DNA of 64,000 nucleotides from a virus: the IMG/VR virus record IMGVR_UViG_3300050132_000248, positions 53,332-117,331 of that record; one strand, 5' to 3'. Positions within the stretch are counted from its first letter, which is position 1. The number at the start of each line of letters is the position of its first letter. The notes beneath the pieces were generated by a model. That model was not told the DNA's origin and did not search any database. It saw nothing but the letters and a program-made list of their open reading frames with translations. Both the position numbers and the translations under genes were made by a program. Shown here in pieces: positions 10,501 to 18,910 of this stretch.

Positions 10501-11803
10501 CACCTCGCTTTTGAAGCACAAAAACGACAGTATAAATGCAAAGACAGGGTTCACTACCTTGTACCAAAATAGTCTAAAGCAGAATAAGATCACCACTTCA
10601 GCCGACACTTCTAAGTTTGCATGGCATGACTTAACTATGCACAAAATTTATTACAGTAATATTCAGGCTACTCCATTTACTTGGAGTTCGGATTATGGAG
10701 CTTGGCAATCTTCCAATCCATTTATATTCACTAATCCGGTTACTCTTTTCAACGGGTTGACAGTGCATGGAACACAGACGTGGGATGCTACCTATGCTGC
10801 CTCTTCGTTTGATTCAATAATAGGATTGACAAGCGGCACTGTTGGTAGGATGAAATGGTACTTACCTTTTTATGTTAAAGACAGTAACAAACAAGGTAAT
10901 CCTATCACACTGAAATATGGTTATACTCATTATCAGCCTATTGGGAGTTATGGTACGGGATCAGTAACCAACATCACAATGGGTTACGGGTTATCTTCAA
11001 CTCAATCACCGCTGACTACAACAGGAACGATGAAGGTTGATAGTACGGTGTTGGTTTCAACAGTAAGATTAGGGCATCTTACAAGTTACCCGACTTTAAA
11101 TCAATCCACAACAGGTAGTGCCGGAAGTGTTACTAATGCTCTTTCTAATGGATACGGAATTAACTCATTAACATATAATGGGAGTTCTGCATTATCAATA
11201 GTAGTAGATACTTCGCATATTTGGAGTTCTGTCAGGGCGGGACATCTGACGGCTTATCCTACATTGAATCAGAATACCACAGGCACGGCTAACGTGGCTG
11301 GTGGAACCGTTGGGGCAGTGCCCTATCAAAGTGCGGCGAATACAACAGGAGTAGTAGCAGCAACAGCAACAGCAGGATTACCTTTAATATCTGGCGCAAA
11401 TGCCATACCAACTTGGGCAACCTCACCCCCACTTTATAAATCTACTATCAGGGAGTTGTTTCCGCCTGTATTTGTTGATACCTCTGCATTAATTAGTACC
11501 GGAAAAGTTTTAATCGGTTATTCAGGAAATATAACGATTGACACTTTAATTTATGTTCTTAACAGACGTGCAGGAACACCATCAATAACACCTACTATTA
11601 AATATGGAACAGATTGGACGGCATCAGGCACATCAGTAGTGACAGCACCGGGGGCAGTAACTTCTTATTCAACACCGACAAAAGTATCAGGAGGTACATT
11701 AAACAATATCACTATTTCAGCAGGTAATCTTATCTGGATGACTTGGACAGAAACAGTAGCACCTAAAGAATTATATGTAATTATTCTGGGACATTATAAT
11801 TAA
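7589..11803 (+). CDS. Large adhesin/fibre-like protein with a Sec signal peptide and YadA-head-like NxAIG repeats
   Basis: 1404 aa. N-terminus MRKILIFILLLWTGFLVA|Q; 14-aa-period NTAIG repeats at ~9320-9795; 54-aa tandem repeats at 10217-10588. Confidence 0.65.
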   Translation: MRKILIFILLLWTGFLVAQNPFKTSKLTTPLIFIPDNITAPSPSTDFIYHIGSGLYWGNQLLNFDTTGVAKRGWVTATFEPKLGNPLVNGCILSSTTGGLRSWIPKSGIIDTTILTTLWHFNHYATWTDNGNNKQTSKRDTVQVEFLKLPNDGLSAIDFDNYDSTTIYSDRSGNLVLSTDMYNGNYFNLSRPAPGYSGFRIAAQNKMSPITEEISGNSNFDNPFIDLSIVSKGENTSDLRFDSTGMCFYFSTPGIHRMNLMKDTLPCDTIFSKHLKLEDLSGSGTSLGLDSHNNVIKTSVGDYDSIWTEDLTLGHHWLYLRRFNDSVGIGLSQPTAKLDVNGEIKATVNSGDAINATSITGIGVYANAPDNVGVWGASYNGSGVYGSSTNSYGVYGNSYASDGVKGISITGFAGEFIGLTKMDSVIITHVKLRTGLDTIMVINHDSLYKQLLPTIPAGQIQSDWNQTNNVYLDFIKNKPNLSIYRTLGNHDSLSQLKEKSYNDLTDKPSFVSGTGPQNYLPVWLSGGISLGTSIISTTGTDITSISTYKGLHSDGHNIFMGGGGQNSIGQVGSTYLGSNNTVYGNQSFMNNTNGYMNVAIGNTSLYSNTTGIGNVAIGGQSLFNNSTGNYNIAIGYGSMMPSNGDNNTAIGKSTLMTNTTGSHNTAIGFFSMEGNETGFYNTAIGENSLGEVLYGWGNTGLGSYSLWLNFNGSDNIGIGDSAGFNETSSFNLYIGKGDSTTAPIYGKMSKNRYRINGNLLVKTIPIAGSRPNYVLSPDANNNIQKYSFPSYSAGYGLGLSGTTFYNSRYWGTQDSLKTSLSGLVLATAGKLTAITNNSSNWDSGYAYRLTGATGSAPLTLGLSGNALTGSIDTSTAKTGLANLYQLGLKANKATTITINGTGYDLSTNRSWSIAGSDTSLLKHKNDTVNTKTGFTTLYQNGLKANKSTILTINGTAYDISANRSWTIATTDTSLLKHKNDSINAKTGFTTLYQNSLKQNKITTSADTSKFAWHDLTMHKIYYSNIQATPFTWSSDYGAWQSSNPFIFTNPVTLFNGLTVHGTQTWDATYAASSFDSIIGLTSGTVGRMKWYLPFYVKDSNKQGNPITLKYGYTHYQPIGSYGTGSVTNITMGYGLSSTQSPLTTTGTMKVDSTVLVSTVRLGHLTSYPTLNQSTTGSAGSVTNALSNGYGINSLTYNGSSALSIVVDTSHIWSSVRAGHLTAYPTLNQNTTGTANVAGGTVGAVPYQSAANTTGVVAATATAGLPLISGANAIPTWATSPPLYKSTIRELFPPVFVDTSALISTGKVLIGYSGNITIDTLIYVLNRRAGTPSITPTIKYGTDWTASGTSVVTAPGAVTSYSTPTKVSGGTLNNITISAGNLIWMTWTETVAPKELYVIILGHYN
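10217..10588 (+). repeat. In-frame 162-bp (54-aa) tandem repeat, about 2.3 copies
   Basis: Units start at 10217, 10379 and 10541 (KTG[LF]xxLYQxxLKxNK...TINGTxYDxSxNRSW...DTSLLKHKND). Confidence 0.85.
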
Positions 11804-11815
11804 AAACGAGCAATT

Positions 11816-12310
11816 ATGAAAACATTATTTGTAATTTATTTATTGTTTACAACAGGATTCATTAGTTTGATTCTTTATCACGATTATAAGGATCATCATT
11901 ATACAGGAGAGTGTAAAGGAGTGTTATCTGAAAAGGTTGAAAATTCATACTCGGTTACATCTATTGGAAGTGATGGATTAGATTGTTCTAAATGTAAAAT
12001 ACTAAAAAATAATGGTCATGCCTACATTGGCAGTCAGGCTATTAGTATTGATAAGAAAAAATGCAAACTATTAAAAAACTTTAATCCACCCGAGGAACTT
12101 TATGGTATAACTATTCCTAAAAACGTTAAACTGATTAAGGTAAATTTCGATTGGTCAAAAGTTACAATATCAAAATCAGATACATTTGAGTTACCAAAAA
12201 AGGTTACGCCTTATCTTTTTAATCATGGGTATCCTTATGCAACCGATAAATATGGAAGACCATTAGACAGTAATATTGAAGTTGATTCTATAATTTTTAT
12301 AGATAAATAA
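11816..12310 (+). CDS. Membrane-anchored or exported protein, unknown function
   Basis: 164 aa with a hydrophobic N-terminal segment (MKTLFVIYLLFTTGFISLILY) and several Cys. Confidence 0.6.
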   Translation: MKTLFVIYLLFTTGFISLILYHDYKDHHYTGECKGVLSEKVENSYSVTSIGSDGLDCSKCKILKNNGHAYIGSQAISIDKKKCKLLKNFNPPEELYGITIPKNVKLIKVNFDWSKVTISKSDTFELPKKVTPYLFNHGYPYATDKYGRPLDSNIEVDSIIFIDK

Positions 12311-12325
12311 AAGTAAAATGAATTT

Positions 12326-12344
12326 CACACACACACTCACACAC
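12326..12344 (+). repeat. (CA)n microsatellite in the leader of the LRR gene
   Basis: CACACACACACTCACACAC lies between an ATG at 12318 and the LRR gene ATG at 12349. Confidence 0.7.
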
Positions 12345-12348
12345 GCTT

Positions 12349-13782
12349 ATGAAAAGGGTAACTATTTTATATAGGGTAATAGCTGTATGCGTTGCCCTTT
12401 TCTTTCTTCCCTTGCTCTCAATAGGGCAGCACTATCAGGCAGGTTCAGGTTCTACTCCTTCCACCGGCTGGACGCCTCCTGCTGCATGGGTTGATAGTAC
12501 AGGTGCTATCACCACTTCTGTGATGGGTGCTGATGGAACTCTTGCTGCATCTACTATTAAAATCCTTGTCGATACACGTATGGCTAACCGTACCATTGCT
12601 TTCACTGTGACGGCTGCTAATGGCTATACGGTGAATTGGGGAAGGAAAGAAAGCGGGGTTAATTATGCTAACGGTGCTTTAGCAGAAAGAACTTATGATA
12701 GTACAAAATGTCAACGATATTGTGTTATCACTATAACCAAAACAGGTGCAGGGGCAATAACAGCCTTTACAGTATCTCGTAGTACAACCTATGTAGCAAC
12801 TCAAACTCAATATCCTCAATATCTATGGATAGCCGCTAATTATTCAGGTGCTGCACCTGTGATGTATATTTCAAATTGTTATACTTGTAATTTAAAGGCA
12901 GCTTATTTAATAACTGTAACCTCGTTGGGGTCACAATGCTTTTACGATTGCTACGCCTTGCAGTCGGTGACAATACCCAGTAGTGTAACCTCGTTGGGGA
13001 CATATTGCTTTTCCTATTGCTACGCCTTGCAGTCGGTGACAATTCCGTCAGGCGTAACCTCGTTGGGGACATATTGCTTTTCCTATTGCTACTCTTTACA
13101 GTCGGTGACAATACCCAGTAGTGTAACCTCGTTGGGGCCACAATGCTTTTACAGTTGCTACGCCTTGCAGTCGGTGACAATACCCAGTAGTGTAACCTCA
13201 TTGGGGACAAATTGCTTTGCCAATTGCACCGCCTTGCAGTCGATAACTATCCTCAGTTCTGTAACCTCGATTGGGGCAAATTGCTTTCAATATTGCTACG
13301 CCTTGCAGTCGATAACTATCCCATCAGGAACCACAAGCATACCAGCATCTATGTTTACAGGTGATGTATCACTTAATAACGTAACTTATACGGGAACAGA
13401 AACAAGTGCAGAAGATCACGGAACAAATATGTTTTATCAATGCGAACAGCTTGACACCTTAAAAATGGCAGGGTTGAAAACTCAAAGATTTGCATTTTAC
13501 GGACAAGCTGGTCAATTGAATAAATTAGGTTCAGTAGGCAACCTTCATAATGACAGCATACCTGTAAGGATAAACTGGGCCGCTTCTACTTTTGCAAGTG
13601 GAACCGCACCGCAACTAGACCTATCTTATTGCTCGATGACCGAATTACAAATGAGGGCAATATTAAACTGTCTACCTACCGTTGTAGGAAAGCAAGTAAA
13701 ATTATCGGGTAATCCCGGATATGCTTCATTAACAACGGCAGATAAAGCTAAAGCAGTAGCAAATGGATGGACAATAAATTAA
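12349..13782 (+). CDS. BspA-type (LRR_5) leucine-rich-repeat surface protein with a signal peptide
   Basis: 477 aa; signal peptide ending SIG|Q; six 23-aa repeats VTSLGxxCFxxCYALQSVTIPSS. Confidence 0.85.
   Translation: MKRVTILYRVIAVCVALFFLPLLSIGQHYQAGSGSTPSTGWTPPAAWVDSTGAITTSVMGADGTLAASTIKILVDTRMANRTIAFTVTAANGYTVNWGRKESGVNYANGALAERTYDSTKCQRYCVITITKTGAGAITAFTVSRSTTYVATQTQYPQYLWIAANYSGAAPVMYISNCYTCNLKAAYLITVTSLGSQCFYDCYALQSVTIPSSVTSLGTYCFSYCYALQSVTIPSGVTSLGTYCFSYCYSLQSVTIPSSVTSLGPQCFYSCYALQSVTIPSSVTSLGTNCFANCTALQSITILSSVTSIGANCFQYCYALQSITIPSGTTSIPASMFTGDVSLNNVTYTGTETSAEDHGTNMFYQCEQLDTLKMAGLKTQRFAFYGQAGQLNKLGSVGNLHNDSIPVRINWAASTFASGTAPQLDLSYCSMTELQMRAILNCLPTVVGKQVKLSGNPGYASLTTADKAKAVANGWTIN
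12916..13329 (+). repeat. Six tandem 69-bp in-frame repeats (LRR units)
   Basis: Units start at 12916, 12985, 13054, 13123, 13192 and 13261, each beginning GTAACCTC. Confidence 0.95.
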
Positions 13783-13899
13783 CCAACTAAAGAGAACACT
13801 GAATAAAGGATAACTCATTAAAATAACTGATATGGCACTACTCGAAACAGCCCAGCCTTAGATAAGATTTAAAAGTCAAACAAAATAAATTTATAAATT

Positions 13900-15021
13900 A
13901 TGACAACCTGCACAAATTGTTTTAGTGGTTGTGTGGAGACCACATCAGATAAATGTGTGAAATACACTGGGAACGATATTACGTTTCTGAATATTCATAC
14001 AGGAGATTCCCTTGAATCAATTGAGGAACATATCACGGATTATATAGCTACTGTATTTAGTGGGATAGGTATAATGCCTGTAATTGAATCAACATTGATT
14101 TGTACTACTGTGAAGCAATTTCTTCCTTGTGATGATTGTGGTGCTCCTACATTAGTAGATATTCTCACTGCTATCATAGAAGCAATATGCTCACTTGAAA
14201 CTCAGATTGTCGCTAATACAGCATCAATTAATACTATAGAGGCAACTTATGATGTAAGCTGTTTCAGTGGTACACCAATTGTAGGAACTCATGCTGTTCT
14301 TCAAGCAGCTATTACAACTCTCTGTGCAGCAATAGGAAATATAACAACATTGCAAAATCTTTTTGCAACGTGTATTACAACCAGTAATATTAATACCTAT
14401 ATCCAGAATTATATAAATGCTCAGTCAAATGTCAATATGTATACCAAAATGGTACCATATGTCATTTATCCTTTTTATCCAAGCACAACAATTATGTCAG
14501 GAGCATTTGACATCAATGGAATAGGATTGGGAACATGGCAGAATATATATCTCTGTAATGGATATGGTGGCTTCACTCCTGACTTAAGAGGAAGAAGTTT
14601 AATTGGAACAACAGATATGGGTGGTGGACCATTTAATCCTAATGTGGATCCCGGGAGTGGTAATCCAACTTACAATCTAGGTACTCTGAATGGACAGAAT
14701 TCTGTAACTCTTTCTTCTCCACAAATACCAGCACATACACATACAACTAATGTTGTAGTAACTGATCCTACGGGTCTTGCAGAAATTCCATTTGGAGGTG
14801 GTGAGATTTTTACAACCATGAGTGGTGGTCAGTTCGCAATTACTGAAATTAATGGTGTAGGTAGTAGTGTAGCACCTGAGCAGAAATCAACTACTGTTCC
14901 AGTAACTATGACAGATCTTTCTGTAAGTGTTTCAATTAATCCAAATTCACCAGCAGGAAGTGCTCATACAAATGTTCATCCTGTACTTGGTGTATATTAT
15001 ATTATGTTCATACCTTCTTAA
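13900..15021 (+). CDS. Tail-collar-domain protein with a Cys-rich N-terminus
   Basis: 373 aa with a WQNIYLCNG...TPDLRGRSLIG...G+G+NSVTL..PQIPAHTH...HTNVHP tail-collar/short-fibre motif set. Confidence 0.75.
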   Translation: MTTCTNCFSGCVETTSDKCVKYTGNDITFLNIHTGDSLESIEEHITDYIATVFSGIGIMPVIESTLICTTVKQFLPCDDCGAPTLVDILTAIIEAICSLETQIVANTASINTIEATYDVSCFSGTPIVGTHAVLQAAITTLCAAIGNITTLQNLFATCITTSNINTYIQNYINAQSNVNMYTKMVPYVIYPFYPSTTIMSGAFDINGIGLGTWQNIYLCNGYGGFTPDLRGRSLIGTTDMGGGPFNPNVDPGSGNPTYNLGTLNGQNSVTLSSPQIPAHTHTTNVVVTDPTGLAEIPFGGGEIFTTMSGGQFAITEINGVGSSVAPEQKSTTVPVTMTDLSVSVSINPNSPAGSAHTNVHPVLGVYYIMFIPS

Positions 15022-15034
15022 TAATTAGACAGTT

Positions 15035-16033
15035 ATGAGTGTAGTTGATTTTAGACAGTGTAAATATTTCTTTCTTCCTTTGAATCCAAAATGTACTACA
15101 ACCACTAGTAGCACTACTATTTTTGTTCCTACTACTACAACATCAACTACTATCACAACGTCAACAACAAGTACAACTACAACAGTTTATCCTCCCATCA
15201 CTACAACAACCACCACTACTACAACTTGTCATTGCTATACAGGATATATAGTAACGCCAGATGGAACTAAATGTTCAAAAACAATAACAACATTAGTCAC
15301 TCCTCCAACTAATTTACAAGTGTCTGTTTCTAAGACTTACTCTCAGTATAGTAATTATGGAAGTATTCTGTTTAATCCTGGGTATAATTTAAATGGAACT
15401 ACCTCAGCAGGATATCAAGTGTTACACACTAATCTATGGCAGAATATTCCAAATGATTTAGTGAGTGGTCCTATGAATAGATGTGGACTTTGGACTCCTA
15501 CATATAATAATAATCAGGATGTTGGTTTTACTCATTGTATTACTGTTGGTACTACAAAGACATATTATATTGCTGTAGGCTGTGATAATTATGCAATCAT
15601 TCGTGTAGATGGAACTACTATAGTTTCTCAAGATGTTTCTGCTCTCACTACTCAATTTGGTGCAGGAGCATCAGTAACCTTTAAATACTGGTTTATATAT
15701 CCAATACAGTTAAATGCAGGATCTCATGTGATTGAAATGATTGGTCATAATATTTCAAGTATTGCAGCATTAGGTACTGAAATTTATGATGCTACCTCAG
15801 ATGATATTATTAATGCAACTGACTATACTACTTTTTATAATGCTCATATTATATTCAGTACAAAGGATATGATAGGACAGGATATTGAAATTGGTACTGG
15901 TGGATTTGGTTGGACATGCCCAGATGGATATTCTTTAATCATGTGTAATGGAGCACCATATTGTACTAATACAAGTTATCTAAACTGCGGTGCCACACCT
16001 CCAATTACAACTACTACAACCTTATTATTATAG
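15035..16033 (+). CDS. Thr-tract protein with a PA14-like beta-sandwich
   Basis: Poly-Thr at 15095-15226 and at the C-terminus; YYIAVGCDNYAIIRVDG and IQLNAGSHVIEM resemble the PA14 carbohydrate-binding fold. Confidence 0.55.
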   Translation: MSVVDFRQCKYFFLPLNPKCTTTTSSTTIFVPTTTTSTTITTSTTSTTTTVYPPITTTTTTTTTCHCYTGYIVTPDGTKCSKTITTLVTPPTNLQVSVSKTYSQYSNYGSILFNPGYNLNGTTSAGYQVLHTNLWQNIPNDLVSGPMNRCGLWTPTYNNNQDVGFTHCITVGTTKTYYIAVGCDNYAIIRVDGTTIVSQDVSALTTQFGAGASVTFKYWFIYPIQLNAGSHVIEMIGHNISSIAALGTEIYDATSDDIINATDYTTFYNAHIIFSTKDMIGQDIEIGTGGFGWTCPDGYSLIMCNGAPYCTNTSYLNCGATPPITTTTTLLL

Positions 16034-16056
16034 AATAATTAATAACACTTAACCAA

Positions 16057-16587
16057 ATGAATGTATATATTAAACTTTTAGTAGCAGGAGCAAATGTTGG
16101 TCCATTTGATCTATATTCAAATGTAGACAGTTTTGCAACAGCATTTGAAACAGGAGTGGCAAAAGCATCTCTTGTTAGTGGATATACAGCCACTGATGTA
16201 CCAAATGAAACAACACAAATTAAGATAGTGTCTACGGGTAATTGCACTAATTTCATTATTCTTGATATTGGAATACCTACAACTACTACAACCACCTTAT
16301 ATCCTCCTACTACATCAACTACTACAACTCATGCTACAACCACTACAACCACTACTGCTCGTCCTTATTATACAATAAAAGATTGTAACTCAGAGACAGA
16401 GTATTGTGTCTCAACATATTGCCCTCCTACAATAGGAGATGTGGTTCAATATCAAATGGGATATCCAATTCCTTCAGGAACAATTCTTTGTGGAACTATT
16501 GAAGGAACTTCTGTAGATACACCCGTTGGTGTTATATATGATTGTGCTCCACGTATTTGTGGAGAAACTCCTTGTGGTATAGAATAA
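16057..16587 (+). CDS. Thr-tract, Cys-rich small structural protein
   Basis: The N-terminal domain resembles that of 24729..25592; poly-Thr at 16279-16356; Cys-rich C-terminus. Confidence 0.6.
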   Translation: MNVYIKLLVAGANVGPFDLYSNVDSFATAFETGVAKASLVSGYTATDVPNETTQIKIVSTGNCTNFIILDIGIPTTTTTTLYPPTTSTTTTHATTTTTTTARPYYTIKDCNSETEYCVSTYCPPTIGDVVQYQMGYPIPSGTILCGTIEGTSVDTPVGVIYDCAPRICGETPCGIE

Positions 16588-16667
16588 CAAGTCTTGATAT
16601 AACTAATTTAGTTAAATGAGTTAATGATTTTAGTTAAATTAGTTTTGGTTCTTCCAAATAGAGTTCG

Positions 16668-16675
16668 TACCTTTA
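16668..16675 (+). promoter_or_regulatory. Bacteroidota-type -7 element variant (TACCTTTA)
   Basis: One mismatch to TAnnTTTG, in the intergenic region 22 nt before the ATG at 16698. Confidence 0.45.
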
Positions 16676-16697
16676 TGTCGTTTTTAATATCATATCT

Positions 16698-17435
16698 ATG
16701 GCAATCCTTCGTAAGCTCGTAAGTGATGTCCGCAGTCTTCATAAATTGCTTTCTACAGATAGTATAGCAACGGATAGGATGATAGCTAGTGAATTGAAAG
16801 TAAATGCACTTTTATTACTCAAGAGGGAAACAAACCTAAGAAGGTTGTGGGCTACAGACACAATTTTTACCACTATACCCTGTCTTCAGATGATTGAAGT
16901 ACCTATCTCAGAATGTTGTGATTATGCTGATCCCTGCAATATAGCAAGAAGTAAATTACATCTTCCACGGATATGTGAAGGAAACTATCAATATCTCATA
17001 CAGGGAGTCTATTCAATAAATGCCATGAGAGGCAAAGCCACAAAACTCAAAGAGGTTACAATCAATAGATATATCAACCTCCTGAAACTTCCAATTGTAA
17101 AGAAAGAGAATTATTATTGGATAGCAAATGATTATCTATATGTAACCAATCCAATGGTGCAAAAGGTAAGAATGGCTGCTTTGTTTGAAGAAGATGTTCC
17201 TAATGAATTAATGTATCCAGAATGTGAATGTGGAGAAGCTCCTCCTTTAGATGAATTATGCAAGAATCCTTTGGATAAGGAATCTTTCATTCCCGGGTAT
17301 TTGGAAAAACAAGTTCTTCAACTGACATCACAAACATTATTAAGTACATACTTTGGAGTAAGGATGGAAACAGAACCTTTGAGTGGTGTAGATGAACAGG
17401 TAGCTGCACCTCCACAAAATCAAAGAGGGAGATAA
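16698..17435 (+). CDS. Tail ring protein (crAss-like)
   Basis: 245 aa, directly before the IHF-like and ring/muzzle genes, as in crAss-like tail modules. Confidence 0.55.
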   Translation: MAILRKLVSDVRSLHKLLSTDSIATDRMIASELKVNALLLLKRETNLRRLWATDTIFTTIPCLQMIEVPISECCDYADPCNIARSKLHLPRICEGNYQYLIQGVYSINAMRGKATKLKEVTINRYINLLKLPIVKKENYYWIANDYLYVTNPMVQKVRMAALFEEDVPNELMYPECECGEAPPLDELCKNPLDKESFIPGYLEKQVLQLTSQTLLSTYFGVRMETEPLSGVDEQVAAPPQNQRGR

Positions 17436-17439
17436 TACT

Positions 17440-17931
17440 TTGAGTAGAACAGCAACTGATTACAGAAGTGCAAGTAAAACTAATTACGATGATTTTTGTA
17501 AACGTCATCCAAGTGTAATTCTTACATTTGATCAATGGAAATCTATCATCTATGACTTCAATGAATCATTTAAAGAATATATTCTTGAGACAGGTGATAG
17601 AATAAAGTTTCCATTTGGATTTGGAGAGTTTTCAATTAACAAGAAGAAGCGAAAGAAGATTCTAAAATTCAATGGGCAAGAAAAAGTTGGCCTTCCTATT
17701 GATTGGAAGAAGACAAAAGAAAAAGGAAAAACTATCTACAATTTTAACTTTCATACAGAAGGTTATTTTTTTGGCTGGAAGTGGTTTAAAACTACAGCAA
17801 GATTTAAGAATGTAGACCTTTGGTATTTTAAGCCAACTAGAGCTACATCAAGATTGCTTGGTCATTACATTAATATAGATAAGAAATATCAGAATATTTA
17901 TCGTGAATGGAAGCTTGCTAATGCAACATAA
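17440..17931 (+). CDS. IHF/HU-like DNA-binding protein (crAss type)
   Basis: DRIKFPFGFGEFSINKKKRKK matches the HU/IHF beta-arm motif; TTG start; the position is typical of crAss-like phages. Confidence 0.7.
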   Translation: MSRTATDYRSASKTNYDDFCKRHPSVILTFDQWKSIIYDFNESFKEYILETGDRIKFPFGFGEFSINKKKRKKILKFNGQEKVGLPIDWKKTKEKGKTIYNFNFHTEGYFFGWKWFKTTARFKNVDLWYFKPTRATSRLLGHYINIDKKYQNIYREWKLANAT

Positions 17932-17942
17932 AATAGAACAAG

Positions 17943-18905
17943 ATGTATTATTATCGTTATAATTTCGTATCCCCAGAATCCTCATTTGCTACAATTAAGG
18001 AGGAATTCAAGTCATATTTTGATACCTCTGCGATAGACGACCTAATGTTTCCTACATGGTTAAATAAGGCTCTAAACAAATTGGGTAAGTCTTCATATAT
18101 AATCAGTGAAGAGATTTTGTACATTAAAGATTTTGAAGACAGACTTCCTGATAATTTTTATGCTGTAAGAGAAGCATGGGCATGTACAGAGATGGTAGGA
18201 TATCCTTATCAGACTGCTAATTCATTTTATTCTCAGGCAGCCTCTGCAACAACTATTCAGGTGTCTCCAATGGTAGTGGATGGACAACCTTGCAATGATC
18301 CTGTATGTCCAAACGATGCATGTGACCCATGTATGCCAAATCTGGTACAGGCTATCTATAAAACTAATAATGAGTTCACAAGAACATTTCATAAGGAATA
18401 TTTACTACAACCCGGGAATATATCTGTTAGACAACATTGTGATGTAGAATATACATCTGCTTGGGATAGAGTTTCAAAGATACATCAGAGTACACCTTTC
18501 TCTTCTTCTTATGATTCTTTTGATATCAGAGATAATAAATTTGTCACTAATTTCAGAGATGGGATTGTTCATCTTGTATTTTATGCCACTGAATATGATA
18601 ATTTGGGTAGTCAGATGATTCCTGATAATTTTCGTATAAAGGAATATGTAGAAGCATATATTAAGATGAAGTTAATTGAAATGCTTGTAAATCAAGTAAC
18701 TGATGAAACTTTTAATCAACTTCAACAGAAACTCGTTTATTATACAAAGCTACATGACGAAGCTCTTATTCTAGCGTTCTCAGAAATAAAATCACAAGAT
18801 ATTTGGACAAAGCAGAGAAGAATAAAAAAGGATTTAAATCGTTTTAACATGTATGAACTCCCGGGAAGTATACCTAATAGACATTCTTGGAAACGTAATG
18901 TTTAA
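17943..18905 (+). CDS. Tail tubular/ring protein (P22 gp4-like adaptor)
   Basis: 320 aa, immediately before the tail-stabilisation gene; synteny-based. Confidence 0.6.
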   Translation: MYYYRYNFVSPESSFATIKEEFKSYFDTSAIDDLMFPTWLNKALNKLGKSSYIISEEILYIKDFEDRLPDNFYAVREAWACTEMVGYPYQTANSFYSQAASATTIQVSPMVVDGQPCNDPVCPNDACDPCMPNLVQAIYKTNNEFTRTFHKEYLLQPGNISVRQHCDVEYTSAWDRVSKIHQSTPFSSSYDSFDIRDNKFVTNFRDGIVHLVFYATEYDNLGSQMIPDNFRIKEYVEAYIKMKLIEMLVNQVTDETFNQLQQKLVYYTKLHDEALILAFSEIKSQDIWTKQRRIKKDLNRFNMYELPGSIPNRHSWKRNV

Positions 18906-18910
18906 TTGAA

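Noticed and set aside
12836-13210. Repetitive minus-strand ORF over the LRR gene (likewise 10240..10644)
   Set aside because: It stays open only because the underlying tandem repeat lacks stops in that frame; no independent start context.
12916-13329. Tandem 69-bp repeats as a CRISPR array
   Set aside because: The units are contiguous, in frame and coding, with no unique spacers and no cas genes.
13832-13861. Mini-ORF MALLETAQP after the LRR gene
   Set aside because: Only nine codons; it could be an insertion-junction remnant but nothing supports it.
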